DNA of 64,000 nucleotides from Candidatus Woesearchaeota archaeon (GTDB lineage Archaea; Nanobdellota; Nanobdellia; SCGC-AAA011-G17; GW2011-AR18): NCBI GenBank assembly GCA_018302765.1, contig JAGVZG010000003.1, positions 11,081 to 75,080 of the forward strand, read 5' to 3'. Shown piece by piece: positions 9,936 to 20,614 of this stretch (position 1 is its first letter; each line of letters starts with the position of its first letter). The notes under the pieces were generated by a model. It saw only the letters and a program-made list of their open reading frames with translations, ran no database searches and was not told where the DNA came from. The position numbers and the translations under genes were made by a program.

Positions 9936-10484
9936 ATGAACAACATAATAGTAAACTATATAAAAAGTTTACGAATTAGAAGGGTAATAATGAAGAATTC
10001 AATCAAAGAAAGCTATGAAAAACTATTAGCCTCAAAAGAATTTAAGCATAAAGGCTTCTTATGTGGTGCCTTTCTCATCTGCGATATAGAAGATATAAAT
10101 AATACTGAATGGCAAATTGACTTCTATAATACTGAATCAGACACAATTACGACTTACTTGGTGAGTAAAAAAATTGAGATTACTGACAACAGCAAAATAT
10201 TAAAAAAAGAAGATGTAAAAATTGAAAAGCTCAATATTAATGAAATAAAAACCAGTTTTGAAGATATAAAAAACAAAATAGAGAATATACTAAATAAATA
10301 TAAAGAAACAGCAGCAAAAATAACAGTGATATTACAAAAACAGAAAATCCCTATGTGGAATATAATATACATAACAAAAAAATTTAATATTCTTAATATA
10401 AAAATTAACGCAGAAAATGGTGAAGTAATAGAAGAAAAAACAGTTCCACTAGTAAGTTTTGAAAGAGGAGGAGTTAAGAATTAA
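9936..10484 (+). CDS. Hypothetical protein
   Basis: 182-aa ORF with protein-like composition, K/E-rich, no TM. No recognisable catalytic motif. Confidence 0.4.
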   Translation: MNNIIVNYIKSLRIRRVIMKNSIKESYEKLLASKEFKHKGFLCGAFLICDIEDINNTEWQIDFYNTESDTITTYLVSKKIEITDNSKILKKEDVKIEKLNINEIKTSFEDIKNKIENILNKYKETAAKITVILQKQKIPMWNIIYITKKFNILNIKINAENGEVIEEKTVPLVSFERGGVKN

Positions 10485-10525
10485 TAATTCCTAAAAGCTA
10501 AAAATAGAAAATACCAATATATGCC

Positions 10526-12214
10526 ATGAAAAATACAAAAAACTTGATAATATTATTTATTATAATAACAACTATTAAGTCCTTATTATCTTATTTTATA
10601 ACTTCACCGTCAATATTTTCAGACGAATATTTATATATAAAGATGTCTCAAAGCTTCTTCCAGAACTTCAACTTTGACATACATGGCATGCCATCAGATA
10701 CTTACCTTCCGATTTATCCGATATTGATATCAATATCTTTTCTTTTCAACGATGCTACAGTATTTTACATGATAATGAAGATAATTAATAGTATACTATC
10801 AAGTTTAATAATAATTCCTGCTTACTTAATTGCAAAAGAATTTGTTGATGAAAAAAAAGCATTATATTGTTCATTAATAATAGCTCTGCTCCCAATGAGT
10901 GTTACTCTCTCATATTATATAATATCTGAAAATATATTCCATACACTTTTCTTAACATCAATCTATTTAATCTATAAATCTACAATAGACAATTCATACA
11001 AATATGAAATACTAAGTGGGATAAGCATAGGTTTAACTTCACTAACCAAATTAGCAGGCTTATCATTAATCATAGTTGCAGGAATAATAACCATATATAA
11101 AGTAATAAAAAAAGATTACAATCAGGTTCCAAAGAAAATAGTAATATTGGTCATATCGTTAATAATATTCTCACCATGGCTTATAAGAAATGGTTTTATA
11201 TTCGGCTTCACAATAAATGGTGTATTGGGAAATTATTCCAATGCAGTTCAGAGTACAGAAATAAACTATCTGAATCTGGTAATTTGGCCGATGCTATATC
11301 TAAGCCTGTTGCTAATTAGTTCACTAATAATAATATTGCCATTTAATCTGGCTGCAATAAAAGAAAAACTAAAAGATAACAAAATGAAAATATTTACAAT
11401 AATTACATTCGTAACAGCAATTATAATGATAGTTGCTTTATCTAAGTATGCAGCAACAAGCAGCATAAAAGAAGAAACTTTTATACAAGGATTAACTGGA
11501 AGACCAATAGGGCGCTATATAGATATTGTATTGCCACTTATAACTTTAAATGGTGTAATAACTTATTTTAAATATAAAAAAAATATAAAAAAAGAACTAA
11601 ACAAAATAATAATCATATCTATTCCATTAATAATATTATTTTCACAGTTAATGTTTTTTAGTCTGTTGCCATTAAACAATCTGTCTGTATCTGAAATTGG
11701 TATTATAAAATTAATAATTGAGAATATCCTAACAGAAAATCTAGCCATAATATTGACAACAACAATGTTATTAGCAATAGCTGTATTAATAATTTATATG
11801 AATAAAAAAAACATACTTATGAAAATAAATATAATAAAAATAATAGCTATTTTATTTATAGGAATTAATATTATAAATTTTGGAGTTACTTATTATAACT
11901 CAAAAACGTCATGGTACAATCATCAACAAGAACAACTAAGCCTGTGGATGAAAGACCATATAGCTGAAGATAAGATAATATTAATAGATGAAAATGACTG
12001 CGGGAATTTCAACAAAGAAACAACAAAAATATTATGCACTAAAAAGAGATCTACACAGTTAACAGCACTTTGGATAAACAACAAAGTGATAATAGACAAT
12101 ATAAACAACAAAGAAGCAGACTACATAATATCAACAAAAAATCTAAACTTGCCATTGGTAAAAAAAACAAAAAACGAAATATATTTATACAGAACAAATA
12201 ATCGAGAACTATGA
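10526..12214 (+). CDS. GT-C-fold integral membrane glycosyltransferase-like protein (ArnT/PMT-like)
   Basis: More than 10 predicted TM helices. Acidic SDEY motif in the first extracytoplasmic loop. Immediately followed by a DPM1-like GT2 and a flippase-like protein, a GtrABC/ArnCT-type arrangement. Confidence 0.5.
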   Translation: MKNTKNLIILFIIITTIKSLLSYFITSPSIFSDEYLYIKMSQSFFQNFNFDIHGMPSDTYLPIYPILISISFLFNDATVFYMIMKIINSILSSLIIIPAYLIAKEFVDEKKALYCSLIIALLPMSVTLSYYIISENIFHTLFLTSIYLIYKSTIDNSYKYEILSGISIGLTSLTKLAGLSLIIVAGIITIYKVIKKDYNQVPKKIVILVISLIIFSPWLIRNGFIFGFTINGVLGNYSNAVQSTEINYLNLVIWPMLYLSLLLISSLIIILPFNLAAIKEKLKDNKMKIFTIITFVTAIIMIVALSKYAATSSIKEETFIQGLTGRPIGRYIDIVLPLITLNGVITYFKYKKNIKKELNKIIIISIPLIILFSQLMFFSLLPLNNLSVSEIGIIKLIIENILTENLAIILTTTMLLAIAVLIIYMNKKNILMKINIIKIIAILFIGINIINFGVTYYNSKTSWYNHQQEQLSLWMKDHIAEDKIILIDENDCGNFNKETTKILCTKKRSTQLTALWINNKVIIDNINNKEADYIISTKNLNLPLVKKTKNEIYLYRTNNREL

Positions 12215-13086
12215 AAGTTATTATTACAATACCTGCATACAATGAAGAAAAAACAATAGGTAAAGTTATAAATTCTATAAAAGAAGTAATGAATAGTACT
12301 AAACACAAATATGAAATACTTGTTGTTGATGACGGTTCTGCTGATAACACAAAAAAAATAGCAGAAAAATCTGGTGCAATTGTATATTCGCATAAAAGAA
12401 ACAAAGGACTGGCAGAAACATTCAAAACAGAAATGGACCTATGCTTAAAAAGACAAGCAGACATAATAATTCATACAGATGCAGATGGTCAATATCCTCC
12501 TAAATACATCCCTCTGTTAATAAAAGAAATAGAAAATGGTGCTGACTTGGTACTGGGAGAAAGATTTGGAAAAGGCAAGTATAGCGGATCTTTAATGAAT
12601 AAAATAGGCAACATAGCATTCGCAAAAGTATTTTCTAATTTACTTAATATTAAAATAAATGACACTACAACTGGTTTTAGGGCATTCACTCAAGAAGTTG
12701 CAAAGCTTCCAATAATTAATAATTTTACTTATACGCAAGAACAGCTTATTAGAGCAGGAAAAGCAAAAATGAAAATAATCAGTATTCCAATAACAACTGA
12801 AAAAACAAGAAAAAGTAAGTTATTCAAAAATCCATTTAGCTATGCATCAAAAGCATGGATTAATATCTTAAGAATATATAGGGATTTTGCGCCATTAAAA
12901 TTCTTTGGCTTTTTCGGAGGTTTCTTTATACTAACAGGAACAATAATAGGAATATTCTTAATTTACAACGTAATAATTACTGGAAGAATAGGACATCTTC
13001 CACTAACCATTCTAAGCGCATTACTAATATTAATAGGACTACAAATTATATTATTTGGATTCTTGGCAGATATGAAAAAAGAATGA
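12211..13086 (+). CDS. GT2 polyprenyl/dolichyl-phosphate sugar synthase (DPM1/GtrB-like) with C-terminal TM hairpin
   Basis: IITIPAYNEEKTIG...EILVVDDGSADNT...HTDADGQYPP (DxD/DAD motifs). C-terminal two TM helices as in GtrB/ArnC. Confidence 0.8.
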   Translation: MKVIITIPAYNEEKTIGKVINSIKEVMNSTKHKYEILVVDDGSADNTKKIAEKSGAIVYSHKRNKGLAETFKTEMDLCLKRQADIIIHTDADGQYPPKYIPLLIKEIENGADLVLGERFGKGKYSGSLMNKIGNIAFAKVFSNLLNIKINDTTTGFRAFTQEVAKLPIINNFTYTQEQLIRAGKAKMKIISIPITTEKTRKSKLFKNPFSYASKAWINILRIYRDFAPLKFFGFFGGFFILTGTIIGIFLIYNVIITGRIGHLPLTILSALLILIGLQIILFGFLADMKKE

Positions 13087-13994
13087 AAAAAAATTTTGTA
13101 TTTATGATTTCAAGAATATTTATTAGCATAGCAATACTTGGAATTTTAATATATTATGTAGGAATAAAACAAATTTTAGAAACATTTGTATCAATGAAAA
13201 AAGTATTTCTAATTCCAATACTAATTCTTCATATTATTAGCTTGTTAATAGGCGCACTTAATATAAAAATACTAATTAAAAAAATAAAAAATAAATTAAG
13301 TTTTAGAAAAATTCTTAAGTATTATTTAGTAAGTTGGAGTATAGGCTCAATAATGCCAGGAAAAATAGGGGAATTCTCAATACTTTACATGTTAAAAAAA
13401 GAAAATATAAGTTACGGCCAAAGTTTAGCAATAACTATGATTGACAAAATAATTACAATAATTGTATTATCAATAACTGCTGCAATAACAATAATATTTT
13501 TAACTGAAGTAAAAAACTTCTACAAACCTATAATATTTGTTGTTATGATTATTATTTTTCTGATAGCCTTAAAAGCAAAAATAGTAAGAGATATAATTAA
13601 AAGAATAATGCCAAAAAAATTTGCAGATAAATTTAAAAAATTTAATAAAACATTAAACTTCTTCATTAAAAATCATAAAAAAGAATTAACAATAAATTTT
13701 GTATTAACAATAATTAAATGGATTATAACTGGGCTAGGTATAACTCTTTTATTTTTTTCATTTGGTTTTAAAACAAATCCAATAATTATAACAGCAATAA
13801 GTATGTCTTTAACAATAATCTCTCTAATCCCAATAACAATTAATGGTATAGGGTTAAGAGAAACAGCAGCAGTATATTTATATAGTTTATTGGGTGCAAA
13901 ACCAGAAGTAGTAATAAGTGCTTACTTAGTAATGACTGTAATTACTTATGTATTTGCAATTATAATATTATCTAAAAGAAAATTAATTAGTTAA
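13083..13994 (+). CDS. Flippase-like multi-TM protein (UPF0104 / LPG-synthase-TM family)
   Basis: 8 TM helices, ~300 aa. N-terminal IFISIAILGILIYYVG pattern typical of this family. Positioned directly after a GT2 as commonly seen. Confidence 0.4.
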   Translation: MKKNFVFMISRIFISIAILGILIYYVGIKQILETFVSMKKVFLIPILILHIISLLIGALNIKILIKKIKNKLSFRKILKYYLVSWSIGSIMPGKIGEFSILYMLKKENISYGQSLAITMIDKIITIIVLSITAAITIIFLTEVKNFYKPIIFVVMIIIFLIALKAKIVRDIIKRIMPKKFADKFKKFNKTLNFFIKNHKKELTINFVLTIIKWIITGLGITLLFFSFGFKTNPIIITAISMSLTIISLIPITINGIGLRETAAVYLYSLLGAKPEVVISAYLVMTVITYVFAIIILSKRKLIS

Positions 13995-15716
13995 AACATT
14001 AAGTTTTTTAGATTTAGGAAATTGGCATAAATAATTACCTATAGCTAAAAAATCAACACTTCCTTCCTTAAAAGCTTTTATTGCATCTTCAGGAGAACAA
14101 ACTATTGGTTCTTCATGCATATTAAAACTAGTATTAACAAAAAAAGGAATGCCACTAAGATCATTGTATGCTTTCAAAGTAAGATAATAACTTTTATTTT
14201 GTTGTTTAGTAACAGTTTGTGGTCTAGCAGTATTATCAATATGAACTACAGCAGGCCCCAAATCTGCCCACTTTTTATGAACATCAAAAGTTATTGTCAT
14301 GAATTGCGCGGCTAAACTACCTGAATCAAAATTCTTGTAAATTTCATTAGAATACTCAAACAATGCAGAAGGAGCAAATGGCATAAATTCACTTCTACGC
14401 AATCTTTTATTTAACCAATCATTTATAGTTTTATCTTTTGGACTAGCTAAAATAGAACGATTTCCCAAAGCTCTGGGACCATACTCCATTTTTCCATTAA
14501 ACCTACCTATTATTTTTCCATCGTTAATTAAATGTGCAACTTCATTCTCAATATCATCAAAATATTTAAAACTCAAATTATGTTTAGTTAATTTTTCTTC
14601 AATAAACTCATTACTATATTCAGGGCCATAATACACATTATCTATAACAATAGGTTTCGGCTCACTACCTTTATCAAGCATTAATTTTGCCCATAAAAAT
14701 AAAGCTGCTCCTACTCCTAACCCGCCATCTCCCATATTTGGGTGAATAAAAACTTTCTTAACTCCTTCCAATTCTGCAATTCTTTGATTAGCTTTTACAT
14801 TTGCAAATCCCCCACCAGCCAGAGCAATATTAGAAGCTTGATACTTCTTTAATGCGTTAGATATTAATTCACAACAAACCTCTTCAAACCTCTTCTGAAC
14901 ACCTGCAGCTATATCTTCCCTTTTCTTGTTTTGCATAATTAAATGCAATTTTCTACTAGCAGGTCTCCCACAACCTATAAGTTTTGTTTTGTACTGTAAA
15001 CCTTTAACTTGCATAATATTCCGAAAAATATCATAAGTTTCATTAGGATTACCATAAGCTGCTAAGCCAGTAATTTTACCTTCATGTCTGTTTGGCACAA
15101 ACCCTAAATTATGAGTCACATAAGCATATATTGATGCTGGAGAATGAAAGAATGGAGTAATTGCAACTGTCTTCAGCCCATAATTATCATCTACTACAGA
15201 AACTGTAGAACACAAACCATCTCCAGAACCATCTGTAGTAACTACTAAACTATCTCTTGGGAAACCAGAGGTATAATAAGCAGAAGCTGCATGGCACATA
15301 TGATGATCAACATAATAAACAGGAGCATCAACACCTAATTCTCTTAAATAATTAAGGACGCTTCTACCTTTACGAAAAAAACTATAAAAAACACGATATT
15401 GTTTGGCAAAAACGTTAGAACCAACTAACCATGGAGTGGCATTTGCCAAATTGTCCATTATATACTTTCTTAAAGATGGTTTGTCAAAAGATTTCTGGGG
15501 CCCGCTACCTGGCGTTTTATTAGCAAAGGCAACATAATCTACATCATTAGGAGTAATACCCGCTAGATTAAATATCTCACGTAGTGAATTATAAGGAAAT
15601 CCTGAGTAAAGCTTTTCACGAACATATCTTTCTTCATTTACAGCAGCAATTATTTTACCATCTTTAATAATTGCAGCACCAGCGTCATGTGAATAATGCA
15701 CACCTAAAATTATCAT
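13983..15716 (-). CDS. Carbamoyltransferase, NodU/CmcH family, paralog 2
   Basis: MIILGVHYSHDAGAAIIKDGKIIAAVNEERYVREK N-terminal ASKHA domain. Same length class as 7748-9496. Confidence 0.8.
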   Translation of the reverse strand: MIILGVHYSHDAGAAIIKDGKIIAAVNEERYVREKLYSGFPYNSLREIFNLAGITPNDVDYVAFANKTPGSGPQKSFDKPSLRKYIMDNLANATPWLVGSNVFAKQYRVFYSFFRKGRSVLNYLRELGVDAPVYYVDHHMCHAASAYYTSGFPRDSLVVTTDGSGDGLCSTVSVVDDNYGLKTVAITPFFHSPASIYAYVTHNLGFVPNRHEGKITGLAAYGNPNETYDIFRNIMQVKGLQYKTKLIGCGRPASRKLHLIMQNKKREDIAAGVQKRFEEVCCELISNALKKYQASNIALAGGGFANVKANQRIAELEGVKKVFIHPNMGDGGLGVGAALFLWAKLMLDKGSEPKPIVIDNVYYGPEYSNEFIEEKLTKHNLSFKYFDDIENEVAHLINDGKIIGRFNGKMEYGPRALGNRSILASPKDKTINDWLNKRLRRSEFMPFAPSALFEYSNEIYKNFDSGSLAAQFMTITFDVHKKWADLGPAVVHIDNTARPQTVTKQQNKSYYLTLKAYNDLSGIPFFVNTSFNMHEEPIVCSPEDAIKAFKEGSVDFLAIGNYLCQFPKSKKLNVLTN

Positions 15717-15799
15717 ATTTACAACCTAAATGAAAGATTTATAAATATTATGAATTATTATTTTTAATATTGAAATTATAAGAATAATAAAAAAATAAA

Positions 15800-16495
15800 A
15801 TGAAAGAAAAATTTAAAGATATATTGAGGAGATTAGATAAATTTAGGAAATATAGAAAGTTATTTCAACATTTAATCTCAGAAAAAAATAAAAAAATATT
15901 AAAAGCCACAGAGTTTAGTATGCTTCCTTATCAGAGATTAGAACAGATGTGGAATCTTGCAGAACTACAAGAGGATTTAGGTACAAAGGGTGTTTTTATT
16001 GAATTGGGATGCTGGAAGGGGGGGTGCCCCGCATTGATGGCTTATGTTTCTAAAGTAAAAAAATCAGAACGAAAAACCTATGCAATAGATAGTTTCATGG
16101 GATTTCCAGAGCCAACAAATAAGGATACACAAAAAAAAGATATAGTGGGAATCGCAAAAGCAAATATTAAAGATGCTGAGAATGCTAGGAGAAGTTTAGG
16201 AGTAGACAAAAATATGATTATAATAAAGGGATGGGTCGAAGATTTAATCCCTAAAATTAAAGATAATATTAAAGAAATAGCTATATTAAGACTTGATATG
16301 GATTTATATGAACCAACAAAAGTTTGTCTAAAACAATTATATCCTCTTGTAGTTCGTGGTGGATTTGTAGTTATCGATGACTATGGATACAAAGGATGGG
16401 AAGGATGTAAAAAAGCTGTAGACGAATATTTCAAAGGTAAGAAAGTAAATATTATTTCATTTGATAAAACTGAAAGGTATATAATGAAGACTTAA
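15800..16495 (+). CDS. TylF/MycF (macrocin O-methyltransferase) family sugar O-methyltransferase
   Basis: IELGCWKGGC...AIDSFMGFPEP...ILRLDMDLYEPT...GGFVVIDDYGYKGWEGCKKAVDEY match the TylF family SAM and metal-binding blocks. Confidence 0.65.
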   Translation: MKEKFKDILRRLDKFRKYRKLFQHLISEKNKKILKATEFSMLPYQRLEQMWNLAELQEDLGTKGVFIELGCWKGGCPALMAYVSKVKKSERKTYAIDSFMGFPEPTNKDTQKKDIVGIAKANIKDAENARRSLGVDKNMIIIKGWVEDLIPKIKDNIKEIAILRLDMDLYEPTKVCLKQLYPLVVRGGFVVIDDYGYKGWEGCKKAVDEYFKGKKVNIISFDKTERYIMKT

Positions 16496-16590
16496 CTATT
16501 AATAAGTAAAGATTCTAGAGAAATTTATAAAAATAAAATATTGGAATAATAAACAAAATATTTAAATAGGAAATAAAAAATTTATATTTC

Positions 16591-17244
16591 ATGAACAAGA
16601 GAGAAATATCAGAAAGAGTAACAAAAAGTTATTTCACACAAGATTATAACAAATTAGTAAGATGGATGAGTTTTTGGTATCAAATAGATTCTATATTAAA
16701 AATTAAAAACATTGAAGGGAAAAAAATTTTGGAGATAGGTGTAGGAAACAAATTTGTCAGTAACTACTTAAAAGATTTGGGACTAAATATAAAGACATGC
16801 GATATGAATAAAAATTTAAAACCAGATTTTGTTGCAGACATTAAAAAAATGCCATTCAAAGATAACCAATTTGATGTTGTGGTATGTTTTGAAGTTTTAG
16901 AACACATGCCATTCAAAGAAGCACTAGAAGGTCTAAAAGAAATGCGGAGAGTAACATCAGAATATGTCATATTTTCAGTTCCATATTCAGGATTTTGCAT
17001 TTCAGCTTATATAAAACCATTTGCCACGGACGGTGGAAAAATAATAAGAATACCATTTCCAATTTATAGACCAAAAATTTTAGTTAAGAAATTAGGGATA
17101 GGCCACTATTGGACCGTAGGGGAATTAGGAACGTCAAAATATAGAGTAAGGAAGAAAATTAAGGAATTAGGTTATATTATAATCAAAGAGGAAATACCTG
17201 TTATGAATAGTCACCATCAGTTTTGGACTTTAAGAAAAATTTAA
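16591..17244 (+). CDS. Class I SAM-dependent methyltransferase
   Basis: Motif I ILEIGVGNKF, acidic motif II, FDVVVCFEVLEHM (Methyltransf_11-like). Confidence 0.65.
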   Translation: MNKREISERVTKSYFTQDYNKLVRWMSFWYQIDSILKIKNIEGKKILEIGVGNKFVSNYLKDLGLNIKTCDMNKNLKPDFVADIKKMPFKDNQFDVVVCFEVLEHMPFKEALEGLKEMRRVTSEYVIFSVPYSGFCISAYIKPFATDGGKIIRIPFPIYRPKILVKKLGIGHYWTVGELGTSKYRVRKKIKELGYIIIKEEIPVMNSHHQFWTLRKI

Positions 17245-17480
17245 TCTTTCTTTTTTCTTAGTGGCAAAACATACAAAAAATTTGTCTTATTGAGTTATGT
17301 ACTACTGAAAAATTAGTTTCAATTATAGCCTCGATACTATCATTAATCAAGCGTTCTTTTAATCTAAGAAATCCAGTTGAACTGTTATGTTCTAATAATG
17401 AAAAACAAACAAGTTGGAAATAAAATCATCAACTATTTCAAATACTATAACTTTATCTCTTGCTCCTGTATCAATAAATT

Positions 17481-18629
17481 CTACTTGATAACTGACTTTA
17501 CTTTCATAGGATCTTTGAGAACCAGCAATTTGTTATACAATTTTACATATTTCTGAGCATTATCTCTCCAACTACAACTATATTCTAAAATATTTTTTCT
17601 GGATTTTATTGAGAGTTCTTTTTGTAAATTCTTATCCTGAATTACTCTTAACAAAGCATTTTTCAAACTTTTAACATCTTTATCAATAAGTAAAATATTA
17701 TCTTTCTTAATAATTTCTCCTATGTAACCTTCATCAGTTGCAATTATTGGCATTCCACAGCTTGCAGCTTCAAGTAACAAATTCGAACCTGCTTCTTTAA
17801 TCCTTGGAAAGACAAAAACATCACAAGCGTTCATTAGATAACTAATTTTTTTATGCTCTAATCTTGGAATGTAAATAAATCTATCATCTAAATTATTGGT
17901 ACTTATTACTCTTTTGATCTGACTTATCAAATCTCCTTCACCATTAACAACTAATTTTAAATCTTTAATGCTTTTAGATATTTCAACAAAGGCATTGAGT
18001 AAATTAATCACACCTTTCTCTTCCACTAGCCTACCAGAATAAAGAATTAACTTAGATTTTATAGGCAAACCTAATTTATTTCTCATTTTTATTTTGTTTC
18101 TCGGTATAAAATCATTTAAAGGAACTCCATTAGTTATAAACTCAACGTCTTTTCTATATTTCTTAAGTTCCTCGTATAGTCTATCACCAACACAAACAAC
18201 AATGTCTACAGAATTAAGTAAGTACTTAAAAATGTAAAAAAATATACCTTTTCCTTTTACGAAATAAATATCGCCACCTCTAATTGTCACAATAGTTGGC
18301 TTTTTATAGAACTTCTTCAAAATTAAGCAAGGTATAGTTGATATTATCCAGTTGCCGTGAATTATATCACACTTTTTTCCTTCTTTGATTGCTTTAATGT
18401 AAAGCCTAAATATGCATGGAATAAGTTGAAACCAAGCAGTAGGATTTCTCTTTAATGATAATGCTATACCGTCTGGATTTATAATATCACTATATTTCTC
18501 ATCTGGTTTTACTAATATTATTTTTACACCTAAAAATTTTAAATTATCCTCTAATGTTTTAATAAATACTCCTCTTGCATTTCCTCTGTACGGATAAGAG
18601 GATGTAATTAAGCATGTTTTCATAGTCAA
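17481..18629 (-). CDS. GT4 family glycosyltransferase
   Basis: C-terminal GT-B domain with the EAGSNLLLEAASCGMPIIATDEGYIGE (E-x7-E) motif. Confidence 0.75.
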   Translation of the reverse strand: MTMKTCLITSSYPYRGNARGVFIKTLEDNLKFLGVKIILVKPDEKYSDIINPDGIALSLKRNPTAWFQLIPCIFRLYIKAIKEGKKCDIIHGNWIISTIPCLILKKFYKKPTIVTIRGGDIYFVKGKGIFFYIFKYLLNSVDIVVCVGDRLYEELKKYRKDVEFITNGVPLNDFIPRNKIKMRNKLGLPIKSKLILYSGRLVEEKGVINLLNAFVEISKSIKDLKLVVNGEGDLISQIKRVISTNNLDDRFIYIPRLEHKKISYLMNACDVFVFPRIKEAGSNLLLEAASCGMPIIATDEGYIGEIIKKDNILLIDKDVKSLKNALLRVIQDKNLQKELSIKSRKNILEYSCSWRDNAQKYVKLYNKLLVLKDPMKVKSVIK

Positions 18630-18661
18630 TTAAACAAAATAAATTCATAAAACCAACACAA

Positions 18662-20443
18662 TTAAGCAGCAGTTTGTTCATCAGAAACTGCTCTGCTAGT
18701 TCTCTTGTAACGCATTAATATATTTTCTAAATCTAGGCGTCTTTGTTCTCCTTCCTCCTTACTAATAATACCATGTGATACTAATATTCTATTCATGTCA
18801 TACATCTTATGTGGTCCTTCCAATTCAGGTATCCAATGTGTAACTTCTAAATTTTCTTGCCATCTTCTTTTACTTTCAGATAATCTTTGTTCATACTCAC
18901 AAACAATTTCTCTAGCTTTTGCATCTCTAGGTAATATAGAAACAATTCTTTTAACTTTAATGTGTGGGTAACCAACAACAGGTTCCTCTACCTCCATAGC
19001 TAAACCTTCTGGACTATCTCTCAGATCTTCAGCAATCTTAGTTCCAGGTAAACTAAACAACTTATCATTAATTCTTACAACGCCACCTGATTTTAATTCA
19101 TATGTAATTCCCCTAACACTATTAGCTAAACCAGTAGGAGTTGAATACAAACCAGATAAGATCATATAAGAAACAACATTAAGGTTATAATCTCTACATG
19201 CTCTTAGCGCTAACCTATTTACTTCTGGCCCATTTGACCCTAACTTTTTATTATAAGCCTCCAATTCATTAGCATCAAAACTTTCTACACCGATACTTAT
19301 TCCTACAAAACCAGCATCTCTAGTAGCAGCTAATAATTTATAATTAATTTCAAGTGTCTTAGGATGAACAAAAGTATCTACCCTAGCCTTACCATGATAA
19401 GTAATTTCTCTGCCATCAAGAACTCTAATATTTTCTTTTACTTTCCCAAGAACGTCTAAATCATCCAAAAGTTCATCCTCCGTTCCACCCCTTAAAAACC
19501 ATAAATCATCTTTAAACATCACTTTTCTAGTACCTGGATTCTTTTTCAACAAATCCATTACATAACTGCCAAGATCTTCCCCACGCATAGCTACAATTTT
19601 TGCAGGTCTTCCAAAACTATCTCTATGATAAAAAGTAGTACTACAAAAGCCACATCCCATGGGACAATAATTACTTGTATAAGGTTTAACAGTTAAAAGT
19701 TTTCCTAAAAGAGCAGGATCTTTTAATTGTTGTTCTGTATAATGTGCCTTTAATTGAGCCCAATATTTATCTAAATCAACATCTGTAAAATCAACAGCCC
19801 TTGTAGCTCTTGTAAATTCTTCAAGAGAAAATGGATCACCGTATCCTGTAAATATAGAATGTTTATCATCTTGATCTGATCTCATTCTTAATCCAGGAGG
19901 AGAAGAACCATTACCAACTCTAATGTAAAAACCCTTATCGTTATGCAAATACTTAGCAGGATTTTCCCTGACATTATTAATACCATACCTAAAAATTTTA
20001 TCTAAGAGAGCAGTCATAGGTTTCTCTCCATCTCCTCTAGCTATAACTCTAAGTTCTGGTATATAAGGAAATAATAAATCTCTAGACAAACCTGCTTGTT
20101 GTCCCCCTGCAATATGCAAAGCATTAGGTAATATTCTTGAAGCATCAAGCATATGTCCCATATCTCTAGAAAGAGTATCATGCAGAGGACTATAACCAAC
20201 AATATTATAGCAATGACTAGTCAATCTTGTATTTAATTCAACCCTAGGATCATCATATAAATTAGGATCAAAACAATCAACTTGAACTTTATCTCCATAA
20301 CTAGCTTCTACCCATTTTCTAATTCTATGAATACCTAAAGGAGCAGAATTAAAATAAGTACTTCTATTAGGCCCATCATCAGCATGAATTAATAAAACAT
20401 TTAATCGACCATCACCCATATAATATAAGCCACTTTTGCACAT
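18662..20443 (-). CDS. Cobalamin-binding (class B) radical SAM enzyme, putative C- or P-methyltransferase; Fom3-like candidate
   Basis: N-terminal Rossmann-like B12-binding region (LNVLLIHADD...). Radical SAM cysteine triad YCPMGCGFC (CxxxCxxC). 593 aa. Amino-acid composition is R/G/D-rich, unlike the K/N/I-rich host genes. Confidence 0.7.
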   Translation of the reverse strand: MCKSGLYYMGDGRLNVLLIHADDGPNRSTYFNSAPLGIHRIRKWVEASYGDKVQVDCFDPNLYDDPRVELNTRLTSHCYNIVGYSPLHDTLSRDMGHMLDASRILPNALHIAGGQQAGLSRDLLFPYIPELRVIARGDGEKPMTALLDKIFRYGINNVRENPAKYLHNDKGFYIRVGNGSSPPGLRMRSDQDDKHSIFTGYGDPFSLEEFTRATRAVDFTDVDLDKYWAQLKAHYTEQQLKDPALLGKLLTVKPYTSNYCPMGCGFCSTTFYHRDSFGRPAKIVAMRGEDLGSYVMDLLKKNPGTRKVMFKDDLWFLRGGTEDELLDDLDVLGKVKENIRVLDGREITYHGKARVDTFVHPKTLEINYKLLAATRDAGFVGISIGVESFDANELEAYNKKLGSNGPEVNRLALRACRDYNLNVVSYMILSGLYSTPTGLANSVRGITYELKSGGVVRINDKLFSLPGTKIAEDLRDSPEGLAMEVEEPVVGYPHIKVKRIVSILPRDAKAREIVCEYEQRLSESKRRWQENLEVTHWIPELEGPHKMYDMNRILVSHGIISKEEGEQRRLDLENILMRYKRTSRAVSDEQTAA

Positions 20444-20614
20444 ATATAAAATTTATGGATTATAGCTCTAGTGCAATCCTAAGTTTTAAGTAAATTAAGT
20501 ATAGTCCCATTATGCAGCCCAACAAGTCGAATTGATAAGCAAATTTATAGTTTATAATTTAGATATAAAACTAAATTTTTTTACTTACTATAGAAAGTTA
20601 CACGAAAGTCTGAA

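Noticed and set aside
17245..17480. A protein-like stretch (…VEFIDTGARDKVIVFEIVDDFISNLF…) in an alternative frame in the 236-bp convergent gap after the GT4 gene, considered as a gene remnant or pseudogene.
   Set aside because: The stretch has no start codon. It is only ~40 codons between stops and carries no recognisable domain. It is insufficient to call a pseudogene.
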